A stretch of DNA of 64,000 bases from Eledone cirrhosa. Its lineage: Eukaryota. The DNA is taken from assembly GCA_964016885.1 (NCBI GenBank), contig OZ024743.1, forward strand, positions 57,846,001 through 57,910,000. Reading direction: 5' to 3'. The notes beneath the pieces are model-generated. The model was not told the origin of the DNA and searched no databases. It saw only the letters and a list, made by a program, of their open reading frames with translations. The first letter of the stretch is position 1. Each line of letters begins with the position of its first letter. Position numbers and translations under genes: made by a program. Of this stretch, positions 46,506 through 60,799 are shown piece by piece.

Positions 46506-47834
46506 CATACCGCCCCATATATATATATATATATATAATGTCTCTGTCTTTGTAATTTGTAGAACTTTTTTCTGTGTCCGTTCTCTAAACTGTTCTCTAT
46601 TTTAGCTTCGCTATCAGTTATTAAATATCATACTATAGGTAATAACTCACGAGATTAACTGTTTAATACTTTTATCTCATTATCTACTATCAGATATTGA
46701 TTTCTTAAGACTCCAAAATCCGGACCGGTGTCTGGGTATTTACAGACTTAAGATAGTCCTAAAATGTGCGCCCCCTTCACATAGATATTCGACCCATTCT
46801 CCCAAATAAAATGCTTTCATTTTATTAACAAACCTGCCTTTTCTACTACACATTTCACACTTACCACGCCAAATCATGTTACAGGTCATAACACTCTTCA
46901 CCATTGTTGATATTTACAACAACACTGCTACGCGACAAAGATTTATTTAATGATCGCCATGAAATTATTATATAATTTAGTTAATTATACAAATTTGTAT
47001 AAGCCGTTTATGCCCTTTATGCGTAGTTGGCATAAAGGGCAGTGCCAGTCCTACCAAGATTACGGACCATTACAAAGGTATACTTTTGATTTGAAGATTT
47101 TTATATTGAATTTGCACACAGCTTTTTGCTTTAATATTTTTGGATAATACCAATTTGTCTTCCCTCGGTCATGATTGACTAAGGGTTTGCAATTGGAAAG
47201 TTCCTCTCCAATTTCCAAACATTGGCAACGTGTTTTTTTGGAAGACTGTCTGTCTTCCCTCTCCACACCAACAATGTTGTCCCAGCAAAAGGACGAGACA
47301 GATTGTTCACTATGTCATTGCAGGCGAAAGTTGCTTGGATAAACCTCAGTTATTGATGAGTATATTCCACAGTCATATGGATTGAAACAATGTGAAATAT
47401 AGTGCCTTACTCAAGTACAACACCTGCAACCCGGTCCAGTAATCGAATTCATGAATATAATATCGGGAGCCCAGCATCCTAGTCCCTTAACCGTTGTTAA
47501 TGCTAAATAATTTTATGATCGTGATAAATTTTTCGTGGTTATCTACATCTTGCTTTTGAGGAATGTTGTGAGTAAAAAAAAAAAATCATTGACCCCTACG
47601 AAGGACTATATTTAAAATAAAAGCAAATATAGTAAATATTCTTTTTTACAAACAAGAATACATTTTATTTTTATTTGGTTAAACATACAGGAAAAGAAAG
47701 TAACATTGGAAAGGACTATAAATGCCACAAATGAGAGGAAAGGTATGGAAATAGCAAGGACTACTAGACAAAGGAAGAAAGGAAGGGCAAGGAGTCTACA
47801 CCTAGGTCAGAACGGTGTTTCAGCTGCGGGCCGC

Positions 47835-48128
47835 AGACAAAATAGCAAAGACATATCCGCAGACAATGGCCAGCGACACACGCTGCAACAGCCACCCCAC
47901 CTCACAAGGCTTCTTCTCAAACGGGTTGCTATCGATCCTATTGTAAGGAAGAGGTCAGCTGTCCGGGGTCCATGGACGCCTGAGGTCTAGACGGCAACCG
48001 GTGCAAGGAGGATGTGACCGAACAAGCTCTGGTATTTGCTTGTCTTCCCGTCCTCTGAATTGCGTGCCACGGTACCAAGGTGTGTGGACGAAGCGACTAA
48101 GCTGGAGGCGGAGAACGTATCACAGCAA
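47835..48128 (-). mobile_element. CRE-like RLE C-terminal fragment
   Basis: CCDTFSASSL...KYQSL...PVAV*TSGV...EVGWLLQRVSLAIV. Confidence 0.75.
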
Positions 48129-48172
48129 ATAGAATTATTAAGTTCTTTTTTTAGGATGATTATTTTCTTAGA

Positions 48173-48290
48173 TCTGAGTTCAAATCCGCCGAGGTTGACT
48201 TTGCCTTTCATCCTTACGGGGTCGATAAAATAAAGTACCAGTAATGCACTGGGTAATTGCTGGCCTTGTGCCTAAATTAGAAACTATTAT
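48173..48290 (+). mobile_element. 5'-truncated major SINE
   Basis: CTGAGTTCAAATCCGCCGAGG...GTCGATAAAATAAAGTACCAGT. Confidence 0.8.
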
Positions 48291-48859
48291 TTTCTTAGTC
48301 TTATGTTTATGACTTCCTATACACACACATGCACATATATTTGTGTCTTTTACTTCCTCTTCTAGAGAAGACAGTATATATACTTGTGTGTGGATGTGTG
48401 TGTACGTGTGTACGTGTGTGTGTGTGTGTATGTATGTGTGTGTGTGTGTGTGGTGAAGAGCTACAGTGGAAGCAGTGGAGAAGATGTTGATAATGATGAA
48501 AGTAGTTCTGTTGGTTGTGAAGATTATGGTACTGATGTTGATAATAATGATGACGATGGTGAGGCCATTGATGGTGAGGATGATGATGATGGTGGTGGTG
48601 GTGGTGGTGTTAATAGTGGCAATGATGATGATGATGCTGATGGTGGTGATGAGGAGGGTGATAAACTGATGACGATGATAACAATGTTAAAGTGAATAAT
48701 GGTGAGGGCAATGACGACGCTGGTGGTGATGTTAACAGTGATGATGATGAAGATGAAAATGATGATGATGATGATGATGATGGTGATGATGCTGCTGCTG
48801 ATGATGATGATGACGATACGAGGGTGGTGACGACAACGATGATGATGAGAGTGAAGTGT

Positions 48860-49912
48860 GTATGATGGTGAGTGTAATGACGGGGCCAATATAAATAACG
48901 ATGGTGGTGATGGTGGTGATGGTGCTGGCAATGGTGATCTTGATGATGATGATTATGACAATAATGCTGATGGTGATGATGACAATGGTGATGATGATGG
49001 TGATGATGATGACGATGGTGATGATGATGATGGTGACGATGGTGATGATGACGATGGTGATGATGACGATGGTGATGATGGTGATGATGACGATGATGGT
49101 GATGACGATGGCGATGATGACGATGGTGATGATGATGACAATGGGATGATGACGATGGTGATGATGACGATGGTGATGACGATGGTGATGATGACGATGG
49201 TGATGATGACGATGGTGATGACGATCGTGATGATGACGATGGTGATGATGACGATGATGGTGACGATGACGATGGCGATGATGACGATGGTGATGATGAT
49301 GGTGATGATGATGGTGATGATGACGATGGTGATGATGATGGTGATGATGACGATGGTGATGATGACGATGGTGATGATGATGACAATGGGATGATGACGA
49401 TGGTGATGACGATGGCGATGATGACGATGGTGATGATGATGACGAAGGTGATGATGACGATGGTGATGACGATGGCGATGATGACGATGGTGATGATGAC
49501 GATGGTGATGATGACGATGGTGATGATGATGATGATGGTGTTGATGATGGCGATGGTGATGATGGTGACGATGGTGATGATGACGATGGTGATGATGATG
49601 ACGATGGTGATGATGACGATTGTGATGATGGTGATGGTGATGACGATGGTGATGATGGTGATGATGGCAATGGTGATGATGACGATGGTGATGATGATGA
49701 TGGTGATGATGATGATGGTGATGATGACGATGGTGATGATGATGGTGATCATGTTGATGGTGATGGTGATGACGATGGTGATGATGATGACGATGATGAT
49801 GATGATGATGATGACGATGGTGATGATGATGGTGATCATGTTGATGATGATGATGATGGTGATGGTGATGATGACGATAGTGATGATGATGACGATGATG
49901 GTGATGGTGATG
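48860..49912. repeat. Compound GAT/GAC/GGT trinucleotide array (12-15-bp units)
   Basis: Recurrent GATGACGATGGT(GAT). Confidence 0.9.
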
Positions 49913-50068
49913 TATGTGACCACCCCTCCCACCCAGTCACTAGACACCATTCCCAGTGAACCAAATAATTGTTGCCTGTAAGAAACAATTCGATATTTCT
50001 CATCAGATTCTCCCCATCACTGAACCAAATAAATTACCCCGTTGTCCCTCCTACATCTCAGATATATA

Positions 50069-50197
<129 letters not shown>

Positions 50198-50212
50198 ATA
50201 TATGTATATATG

Positions 50213-50289
<77 letters not shown>

Positions 50290-50296
50290 GTATATA

Positions 50297-50329
<33 letters not shown>

Positions 50330-50338
50330 ATATATATG

Positions 50339-50435
<97 letters not shown>

Positions 50436-50436
50436 G

Positions 50437-50490
<54 letters not shown>

Positions 50491-50693
50491 TATATATATA
50501 TATGCATATATGCATATATATATATACATATATACACACACATATATAACTATATATATACACAGACACACACATATATAACTATATATATACACAGACA
50601 CACACATATATAACTATATATATACACACACACACATATATAACTATACATACACACACATATGTACAACTATACACACACACAGACACACAC

Positions 50694-50833
<140 letters not shown>

Positions 50834-50909
50834 GCATATACGCTGCATGCAATGAATCCAGTTTTAATCATGACTGCAGCTGTTTCCATTGTCTGCGTTG
50901 TTGGCATAC

Positions 50910-50966
<57 letters not shown>

Positions 50967-51092
50967 CACACTCACTCACATATATACATACATATATATA
51001 TACATATATATATACATACATACATATATACATACGTATATATATACATATATATATACATACATACATATATACATATATAATATATATAT

Positions 51093-51186
<94 letters not shown>

Positions 51187-51309
51187 TGTGTGTGTGCACA
51201 CTCACACAAACACAAACACATACACGTACATAGAGAGAGAGAGGGAGAGACAAATCAGGACACTTTCGAAATTAAGTCGACCATGCTGTAATTCCAAAAT
51301 TACTTAGTT

Positions 51310-52378
51310 CATCATCATCATCATCACCACCACCATCACCACCGACGCCACCATCACCACCACCATCACCACCAACGCCACCATCACCACCAACGCCACC
51401 ATCACCATCACCACCAACGCCACCATCACCATCATCATCATTATCACCACCATCAGCACCACCACCACCACCACAACGCCACCAGCACCAGCACCATAAC
51501 CATCATCACCACAAACGACCCCAGCACCAGCTCCAGCACCAGCACGATTACCATCACCACCACCACCACCACCACCACCACCAATACCACCACCACCACC
51601 ACCACCACCATCAGCACCACCACCGATACCACCATTACCACCATCACCACCACCACCACCACCACCACCACCACCACCACCACCACCATTACCACTACCA
51701 CCACCACCACCACCACCACCACCACCACCTCAACACCACCAATATCAGAACCACCACCACCACCATCACCACCACCACCACCATCACCACCACCACCAAC
51801 ACCACCACCACCACCACCACCACCACCTCAACACCACCAATATCAGAACCACCACCACCACCACCACCACCAGCACCACCGCCACCATCACCACCACCAT
51901 CACCACCACCACCACCATCACCACCACCACCACCTCAACAGCACCAATATCAGAACCACCACCACCACCACCACCACCAGCACCACCACCACCACCAGCA
52001 CCACCGCCACCATCACCACCACCACCACCATCACCACCACCACCACCACCACCACCACCACCAATACCACCACCACCACCACTATCAGCACCACCACCAG
52101 CACCACCGCCACCATCACCACCACCATCACCACCACCACCACCATCACCACCACCACCACCTCAACAGCACCAATATCAGAACCACCACCACCACCACCA
52201 CCACCACCAGCACCACCGCCACCATCACCACCACCACCACCATCACCACCACCACCACCACCACCACCACCACCACCACCACCACCACCAGCACCACCGC
52301 CACCATCACCACCACCACCACCATCACCACCACCACCACCACCACCACCACCACCACCATCACCACCACCACCATCAT
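51310..52378. repeat. (CAC)n array with higher-order units
   Basis: Marker CCTCAACA(C/G)CACCAATATCAGAACC recurs four times. Confidence 0.9.
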
Positions 52379-52539
52379 CTTGAGTTGCGAAATTAAACGA
52401 AGACGTTTAATTTCATTAAAAGCCAGATTTTTGTAAAGTTGAGAGTGGAAGGGAGAGGTAGATAAAATAGGAGGGGGAGATGAGAAGGAAAGAGAGAGGA
52501 GTAGTTGTAAGTATAATTGTAGAGAGGTTGGTAGGTAGG

Positions 52540-52959
52540 TAGTAGTAGTAGTAGTGGTGGTGGTGGTGGTGGTAGTAATAGTGATAGTAGTAGTCGTAGT
52601 AGTAGTAGTGGTGGTGGTGGTAGTAATAGTAATAGTAGTAGTAGTAGTAGTAGTGATGGTGGTGGTGGTGGTAATAAAAATAGTGGTAGTAGTAGTAGTA
52701 GTCATGGTGGTGGTGTTAGTAATAGTAATAGTGGTAGTAGTAGTAGTAGTGATGGTGGTGGTGGTAGTAATAGTAATAGTGGTAGTAGTCGTAGTAGTAG
52801 TGATGGTGGTGGTGGTAGTAATAGTAATAGTAGTAGTCGTAGTAGTAGTGATGGTGGTGGTGGTAGTAATAGTAGTAGTCGTAGTAGTAGTGATGGTGGT
52901 GGTGGTAGTAATAGTAATAGTCGTAGTCGTAGCAGTAGTGATGGTGGTGGTGGTAGTAA

Positions 52960-52994
<35 letters not shown>

Positions 52995-53628
52995 ATGGTG
53001 GTGGTGGTAGTAATAGTAATAGTAGTAGTCGTAGTAGTAGTGATGGTGGTGGTGGTAGTAATAGTAATAGTAGTAGTCGTAGTAGTAGTGATGGTGGTGG
53101 TGGTAGTAATAGTAGTAGTAGTAGTAGTAGTGATGGTGGTGGTGGTAGTAATAGTAATAGTGGTAGTAGTAGTAGTAGTAGTGATGGTGGTGGTGGTAGT
53201 AATAGTAATAGTGGTAGTAGTAGTAGTAGTGATGGTGGTGGTGGTAGTAATAGTAATAGTAGTAGTCGTAGTAGTAGTGATGGTGGTGGTGGTAGTAATA
53301 GTAGTAGTCGTAGTAGTAGTGATGGTGGTGGTGGTAGTAATAGTAATAGTAGTAGTCGTAACAGTAGTGATGGTGGTGGTGGTAGTAATAGTAATAGTAG
53401 TAGTCGTAGTAGTAGTGATGGTGGTGGTGGTAGTAATAGTAATAGTAATAGTCGTAGTAGTGGTGATGGTGGTGGTGGTATTAATAGTAATAGTAGTAGT
53501 CGTAGTAGTAGTGATGGTGGTGGTGGTAGTAATAGTAATAGTAGTAGTCGTAGTAGTAGTGATGGTGGTGGTGGTAGTAATAGTAATAGTCGTAGTCGTA
53601 GCAGTAGTGATGGTGGTGGTGGTAGTAA

Positions 53629-53663
<35 letters not shown>

Positions 53664-53778
53664 ATGGTGGTGGTGGTAGTAATAGTAATAGTAGTAGTCG
53701 TAGTAGTAGTGATGGTGGTGGTGGTAGTAATAGTAATAGTAGTAGTCGTAGTAGTAGTGATGGTGGTGGTGGTAGTAA

Positions 53779-53810
<32 letters not shown>

Positions 53811-54995
53811 ATGGTGGTGGTGGTAGTAATAGTAATAGTAGTAGTCGTAGTAGTAGTGATGGTGGTGGTGGTAGTAATAGTAATAGTAGTAGTCGTAACA
53901 GTAGTGATGGTGGTGGTGGTAGTAATAGTAATAGTAGTAGTCGTAGTAGTAGTGATGGTGGTGGTGGTAGTAATAGTAATAGTCGTAGTAGTAGTGATGG
54001 TGGTGGTGGTAGTAATAGTAATAGTAGTAGTCGTAACAGTAGTGATGGTGGTGGTGGTAGTAATAGTAATAGTAGTAGTCGTAGTAGTAGTGATGGTGGT
54101 GGTGGTAGTAATAGTAATAGTAGTAGTCGTAGTAGTCATGATGGTGGTGGTGGTAGTAATAGTAATAGTAGTAGTCGTAGTAGTCATGATGGTGGTGGTG
54201 GTAGTAATAGTAATAGTAGTAGTCGTAGTAGTAGTGATGGTGGTGGTGGTAGTAATAGTAATAGTAATAGTCGTAGTAGTGGTGATGGTGGTGGTGGTAT
54301 TAATAGTAATAGTAGTAGTCGTAGTAGTAGTGATGGTGGTGGTGGTAGTAATAGTAATAGTAGTAGTCGTAGTAGTCGTGATGGTGGTGGTGGTAGTAAT
54401 AGTAATAGTAGTAGTCGTAGCAGTAGTGATGGTGGTGGTGGTATTAATAGTAATAGTGGTAGTAGTAGTAGTAGTGATGGTGGTGGTGGTAGTAATAGTA
54501 ATAGTAGTAGTCGTAGTAGTAATGATGGTGGTGGTGGTAGTAATAGTAATAGTAGTAGTCGTAGTAGTAGTGATGGTGGTGGTGGTAGTAATAGTAATAG
54601 TAGTAGTCGTAGTAGTAGTGATGGTGGTGGTGGTAGTAATAGTAATAGTAGTAGTCGTAGTAGTAGTGATGGTGGTTGTGGTAGTAATAGTAATAGTAGT
54701 AGTCGTAGTAGTCATGATGGTGGTGGTAGTAATAGTAATAGTAGTAGTCGTAGTAGTCATGATGGTGGTGGTGGTAGTAATAGTAATAGTTGTAGTCGTA
54801 GTAGTAGTGATGGTGGTGGTGGTAGTAATAGTAATAGTAATAGTCGTAGTAGTGGTGATGGTGGTGGTGGTATTAATAGTAATAGTAGTAGTCGTAGTAG
54901 TAGTGATGGTGATGGTGGTAGTAATAGTAATAGTAGTAGTCGTAGTAGTAGTAGTGATGGTGGTGGTGGTGGTAGTAACAGTAATAGTAGTAGTC

Positions 54996-55027
<32 letters not shown>
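52540..55027. repeat. 48-bp minisatellite built from triplets, about 50 copies
   Basis: Unit GTGATGGTGGTGGTGGTAGTAATAGTAATAGTAGTAGTCGTAGTAGTA. Confidence 0.9.
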
Positions 55028-55241
55028 GAATGCCATGGTTGACGGAGGCTCGGCTCTGTAAGGTATAGTCATTTTTAACCGTTAAAACAATTGTAAATTG
55101 TTTAAAACTTGAACCAAATTGTTGATAAAGACACCCTCCTCCTCGTGAGAGGGGTCTTTCTGTCCGTTATTTGGCCCTTCGGGGTTAAATAACCAGTTAT
55201 TGGGGTTTTGTACCCAATATTCATTTTAAACAAAAAACAAC

Positions 55242-57344
55242 ATGGCTACGAAAAAGAAATTTCATACGTCACTCCCACTCATTCCGTCTTCTTCTTCCTC
55301 AATCATCACTACAGCAGAGAGAAGATTGTCTCTCTCCCTCCCTTCTTTAAATGTGTCTCTCTCCCTCCCTTCTCTTTCGCAAGTGACGAAAGAAAAGAAA
55401 AGTCTCGTGCAAAGCGTGCAAGGTTTCTCCACGACGACGACGACAGCGACGAAACAGGTGTGCGGGAAATACGAAAACCCAGTTCATTCGTCTGACGTCA
55501 GGAATAATAGCAGTAGCAGCCGTAATAACAACAGCAACAGTGACAATGAAAACAACAGTAGCAGCCGCAACAACATCACCAGCAGCATAAACAACAACAG
55601 CATTAGCAACAGCAACACCAACAACAACCACAGCAACAGCGGCGGAGGCAGTAGTCGTAGTACCTGCAGCAACAACAAAAGTACCAGCAGCTCTGACGAC
55701 AACAACAACAATAGCAGCAAAGAAAAACCAATCTCATTTGCAGGTATTGCGAAAAACTTGGAAACAATCCTCATAACAAATGAGGAATTAGAGGAAGCGA
55801 AGAAGATGGTGACAAAGAATGGACACCGAGCAATCTGCAAGGCAGCGGAAACATTTTTCGAAACCCAACAGCACTGTACGGTCACGTACCGTACAGTAAG
55901 TACAAAATCCCGTAGGGTGGAAAGAGCCACAGAGGCTCAGATACAAAAAGCCTTGGGGTCTGTGTGGCAGCGGAAAACGCACATCACCCGAGGCAAAAAA
56001 TATGCCACCGTAGACGTACTTTTTGCCACACCCCAGGAGGCAAAGGCCCAATCAGTAGTGACCCTAAGGAGCGAGGAAATGGTGTTGGTGCCCTCCTACT
56101 GCGGGCAAAAAATTGTGAGCGTCAAACTGACCCACGTCCCCCCCGGAATGGCCCCTTCTTGGCTGGCCGCGTCTGTCCTCGTCGGAATCGAGGACAAAAC
56201 AACTGTACTGCAAGTACAGAAAAAAGTAAGAGAAGATTGGGTCGGCACCTCCATTGAGATGCTAATCCAAACCAACCAGGAGTGCATCGAAGCTATCCCG
56301 GATGTGATAGACTTCGATAACGGCACTCAACTGCCCATAAGTGTTGAGGGCAAACGCCCGAAATGCTTTCGCTGTGGATCGAAGACTCACCTCAGGGCCT
56401 TCTGCAACGAGAAGACCCTGAGAAAGGAGAAAACCCCCCTCCTTCCGAATCCGGCTCCACGGCTACCAGCAACAGGACAAGCGGCAACCAGGAACGATAG
56501 GTCCGTGGCACCCATACCCACTCCACGGAAATCAAAAACAGCAGCAGCAGTGGAAATATTAACAACAACAACAGCAATACCAAATGCAGCTGCAACAGAG
56601 ACTCCAGTGCAAACATCACCAACAACAACAAGTGAAAGAGTGGAGCTGGTACCCCTCCCCGACCTCACAGAATCAGACATGGAGTGTGAGGTGGGAGAGG
56701 GATGGCAAAAGGTCGTAAGAAGGCACAAACGCAGAAGCAGCGCATCGTCGCCTTTGAAAAGGGAGGAAAGAAATGAGAAAAGGGTAAAGTCTACTGCAAA
56801 GAGACCCACAGCAGCAACACCACCAACACCATCACCGCCCACACTAGCACCACCATCACCACCGGCGACAACCCCACCGCCAACAACACCTTCAACACCA
56901 CCACCACAAGCACCAACATCGCAAACACAACAACAAAACACACACACCCAGCAACAACGACAAGAAAATAGCAGAACCACACACCACCCCCAGAAAAACA
57001 AATGCACGGCAATAAATACACACAACAAGAAACTAATGACTTACATAATTGAACACACAGACATTTCACAACAGGACTACATAATACCAGCACCAATCAA
57101 AACGCCAACTAACATAAGACTGCTAAAAATAGCACAGAAACAATACAGAAACACTAAAACGAAATTCCCCAACGCAGTTGGTGATTTCAGGGACCTAGGA
57201 GGAACCATCAATCGAAGAGTATATTCAGACATTCTCTTAGAAGAGCCGACGACCAGCCGAAGGGACGATTCAACGGTCCCTTCACCAGACGATCAAGTGA
57301 AAAGGGATGTAAAAACCATCCCTCCTCTACCAAAAGTACGGTAA
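55242..57344 (+). CDS. ORF1 gag-like nucleic-acid chaperone of the Tx1 LINE
   Basis: 700 aa; CX2CX4HX4C knuckle CFRCGSKTHLRAFC; W..V..R basic motif. Confidence 0.85.
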   Translation: MATKKKFHTSLPLIPSSSSSIITTAERRLSLSLPSLNVSLSLPSLSQVTKEKKSLVQSVQGFSTTTTTATKQVCGKYENPVHSSDVRNNSSSSRNNNSNSDNENNSSSRNNITSSINNNSISNSNTNNNHSNSGGGSSRSTCSNNKSTSSSDDNNNNSSKEKPISFAGIAKNLETILITNEELEEAKKMVTKNGHRAICKAAETFFETQQHCTVTYRTVSTKSRRVERATEAQIQKALGSVWQRKTHITRGKKYATVDVLFATPQEAKAQSVVTLRSEEMVLVPSYCGQKIVSVKLTHVPPGMAPSWLAASVLVGIEDKTTVLQVQKKVREDWVGTSIEMLIQTNQECIEAIPDVIDFDNGTQLPISVEGKRPKCFRCGSKTHLRAFCNEKTLRKEKTPLLPNPAPRLPATGQAATRNDRSVAPIPTPRKSKTAAAVEILTTTTAIPNAAATETPVQTSPTTTSERVELVPLPDLTESDMECEVGEGWQKVVRRHKRRSSASSPLKREERNEKRVKSTAKRPTAATPPTPSPPTLAPPSPPATTPPPTTPSTPPPQAPTSQTQQQNTHTQQQRQENSRTTHHPQKNKCTAINTHNKKLMTYIIEHTDISQQDYIIPAPIKTPTNIRLLKIAQKQYRNTKTKFPNAVGDFRDLGGTINRRVYSDILLEEPTTSRRDDSTVPSPDDQVKRDVKTIPPLPKVR

Positions 57345-57379
57345 GTGGTCTTTCCCATCTTTTCCACTCTATTTTAAAC

Positions 57380-60300
57380 ATGACCTCACTCAGGATAGGC
57401 AGCATAAATGCGCGTGGCTTGGGGTCGTCATGGAAGCAGGGTCACCTGCTCAACGACCTCAGGTCACTAAACATAGATGTAGTGGCCATCAGCGAGACCA
57501 GAATCTCCGAAGCACGGGCCTTCGCACCGATCTTCGGCGGCTACGATGTGTACGCATCTCCCAGCCGTCCTGGATCGGGTGGAGGAGTTGCTGTGCTTTT
57601 TCGGAGAGGTTTGGATCTCGCCATACGGGCCATCTTCCTGGACCCAGAGGGTAAGCTGGTGGTGCTGGACGTGACCAGCGGAGACGGGCAAGCTTTCAGG
57701 CTAGTGGCCGTCTATGCCCCGACAGGAGCAGGGCGGCCTGATTTCTTCCGGCGTCTGGAGACCTTTCTTGGAACGTCCCGCTCTTTAGTGTTAGTGGGCG
57801 ACTGGAACGGGATCTTAGATGAACGCTGGGACTGTGTGGGATTAGCGGATAGGGGTGGAGGGTGCAAGAGCCTCACCAACCTGCTCAGGCGTTTTGAACT
57901 GTCTGACAGGTACCGATTGGATTTCCCGAATGTGCCAATGTGGACTTGGACAAACCGCATAGGGTCATCCAGATCATATCTAGATAGAGTATTTTGTAGG
58001 GAAATAGATAGGTCTAGCATAGGCTGTCCACAATTCAAGATAGTCAGCTACACGGACTACAAATTCGTGATCTGTGTGCTTGACTTAGATAGGCTTCATA
58101 GACGAGGACCCGGCTACTGGAAGCTAAACGCGTCCTTACCAGCGCGCAAGGCCTACAGAGACCGGATTAGCGAACTAGTTAAGCGGGCGTTGACGGGGGC
58201 CATCGTCAACAACAAGTGGTGGTTTGCTCTGAAAAGAGCGATTAGAATAGAATCGATTAGGTATAGTAAGGCTTTAGCAATAGAGAAAAATAGAGCAGAG
58301 GGAGAACTAGTTAGAAAATTAGACGAGGCGCTTAGCAAAGGCATTGCGACCGACGTGCTTGCGGCGAAATTGGCCCTTGACCAATTCTTCAATGCAAAGC
58401 ACGAAGGCTGCGTTGTCAGAGCTAGGGTGCGTGCTCTCAGACACGAGGGGACGAAAGCCGTTCAATAGGCCCGAGTGGCGGATGCGCGTCGTGGCAACAA
58501 AGCCACGATCCGGTCTTTGGTGGACCACGACGGGCGCATGCTACTCGATCCCGGGCAAATGTGTGAAGCTTTTCAGCGACACTTCGCTCAGCTGTTCGGG
58601 GGCAGCGGTGGGCCGGGTAGAGGGATGGACTTTAGTGTCTACCTCGACGGACTGCCGCGGCTCTCGGCCACTGAGGCGAAGTGTTGCGAAAAGCCGATAA
58701 CAGCCGCTGAAGTAAGGGAGGCAATGACTGGCTGCACAAGGGGTAAATCGCCTGGTTTGGATGGTCTGCCCTATGAACTTTACGTACAGATGCCAGACTT
58801 GTTCGGAGGCCTCTTGGCGGACGTCTACTGCAACTGGCAACAGAACAGGAGAATTCCCAGTTCTGTGAGCCGAGGAGCGGTGGCACTGCTGAGAAAAGAT
58901 CCGAACAAGGGGGATAACATAGACAATTTCCGGCCCATAACTCTGCTAAACACAGAGTTCAAGATTTTGGCCAAGGTGCTAGCAAAGAGGTTGGCGCTTG
59001 TCGTTGGTGGTCTGGTGGGAGAGGCGCAAACATGCGCCATTCCCGACAGATCCATCCACGACAACCTCCACCTCATGCGATACATCATAGAGAGGGTAGC
59101 TAAGGAACCTGGCACGGGTGGGTCCTTGATCAATTTAGATCAGTCGAAAGCTTTCGATAGGGTCGACCATCGTTACCTTACGGCCGTCCTGAGGGCGGCT
59201 GGCTTTGGGCCCGTCTTCAGAGGCTGGATCGCTGCCATGCACAGCGACATCTGCTCTGTGGTGAGAGTGAACGGTCACCTGTCGGAACCGTTCAACATCA
59301 TGCGCTCGGTCCGCCAAGGATGTCCCCTCTCGTCCCTCTTGTACGTATTGACTCTCGAGCCATTACTGCACAAACTGGAGACGTTGAGGGGAGTCCCGCG
59401 CGAACTAGGATGCGGAAGATCCGTGTCAGCATATGCGGACGATGTCACTGTAGTGGTGTCGAACGCCAAACACATCGAGGCGATCGGCACTACACTAAGA
59501 GAATACGAAGCGGTGACAGGAGCAATGATCAACCAGGAAAAGTCAGTGGGCCTGCAGCTCGGCACCTGGAGAGGCAGGTCCATGCCGTCCAACAGCGTCG
59601 TCGGGCGCTGGACGGACGGACCGGTTAAATTGCTAGGGGTCTGGTTCGGTCCGGACCTCCAGACGGACAAAAACTGGGACGAGGTGACGAGCAGGGTGGC
59701 TTCTCTCACCCAGAAATGGGCGGAGAGGAAGCTATCCCTGAAAGGTCGAGCGGAGGTGGCTAACGCGTACATCGCGTCTGTCATCTGCTACCGCCTAACC
59801 GTCGTACCTTGTCCTAAGCCTCGCCTGACTGCGCTGGAGCGTTTGCTCTTTCGCTTTTTGTGGAAGGGACGTGCTCCGATGGTCAGGCGGTCCATCTGTT
59901 GTCAACACCCGCTACGTGGAGGGCTGGGCATGCCGTGGCTGATGATGCGCAGGCACGCGCTCAGGCTACGACATCTCCACCTCTTCCTCGACGGTGATCA
60001 GGTGCGGTCGCCGTTTGCTAGACGCGTTTTTCCCCAGCTCGTTTCCTTGACGGAGCTGCAGTCCTGGGTCAAGCGAAGACCGAGAGGGAGCGCCTGGAGA
60101 CTGGAATGTCTTCAGGCGCTCACAGCCCTCGACCAATCGGGCAATGTGATCGGTGGAAACTCCACCTCGGCGTTCTATAGAGGATTAGTGGAGGAGAAGA
60201 GCGACGACGTACTTGGGGAAACTCTAGGCGTCGACGAAAATCAACTAGCCAATCTCTTCGGAAGAACTTTCGGGCCAGGGCCTATGGACAACTTCCAGAA

Positions 60301-60799
60301 ATCTCTGGCCTGGCAGTGCTACCGAGGAGCCTTGCCAGTTCAGGATAAACTCTACAGGCATGGAGGTGCCGTCAGCCGGGCATGTCCGAGATGCGCGCAG
60401 GGCGACGAAACCGTCCTGCACGCACTCGTCCAGTGTCCGAAAATTGCTGACTTGTGGGTTTATGTCGAACACCTGCTGTCGCGTTTAGGACGGATCCAGC
60501 TATCATCTGAGTCTATCGTGAGGATTGCCCCGCCCTCCTCCTTTAGCCGGGAAGGGCAGGCAGTTTTTATCTGTCTGGTGGCCATGGCGAAAGAGATAGT
60601 ATGGTGGACACGTTTGAAAGGGCTGAAGACGAGCACTTACCTCTTCGGTGATGCTCTGATTGACTTTTTCAAATTTCATTTGAAAAGGAAAATCAGAGTA
60701 GAGAAGGAAGTGCTCTCTTCCCAGCATTTTGTTGAAAGATGGGTGAGAGAAGCAAGAATGGCCCGAGTGAATGGGCCGACTCTGAGTATATATCTGTAA
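57380..60799 (+). pseudogene. ORF2 APE endonuclease plus reverse transcriptase, one in-frame TAG at 58466-58468
   Basis: SINARGL, SET, VYAP, GDWN, YLDR, GYWKLN; KSPGLDGL, FRPITLLN, KAFDRV, RQGCPLS, YADD, CPRC..ETVLHAL..C. The two ORF-track pieces are in the same frame. Confidence 0.92.

Noticed and set aside
48610-49981. His/Ser/Ile/Asp/Met-rich ORFs
   Set aside because: A GAT-family trinucleotide array open in many frames.
52145-55072. 975-aa Thr-rich and 835-aa Val-rich ORFs
   Set aside because: Entirely triplet repeat, open on both strands, no signal peptide or unique domain; the start lies in the LINE 5' end.
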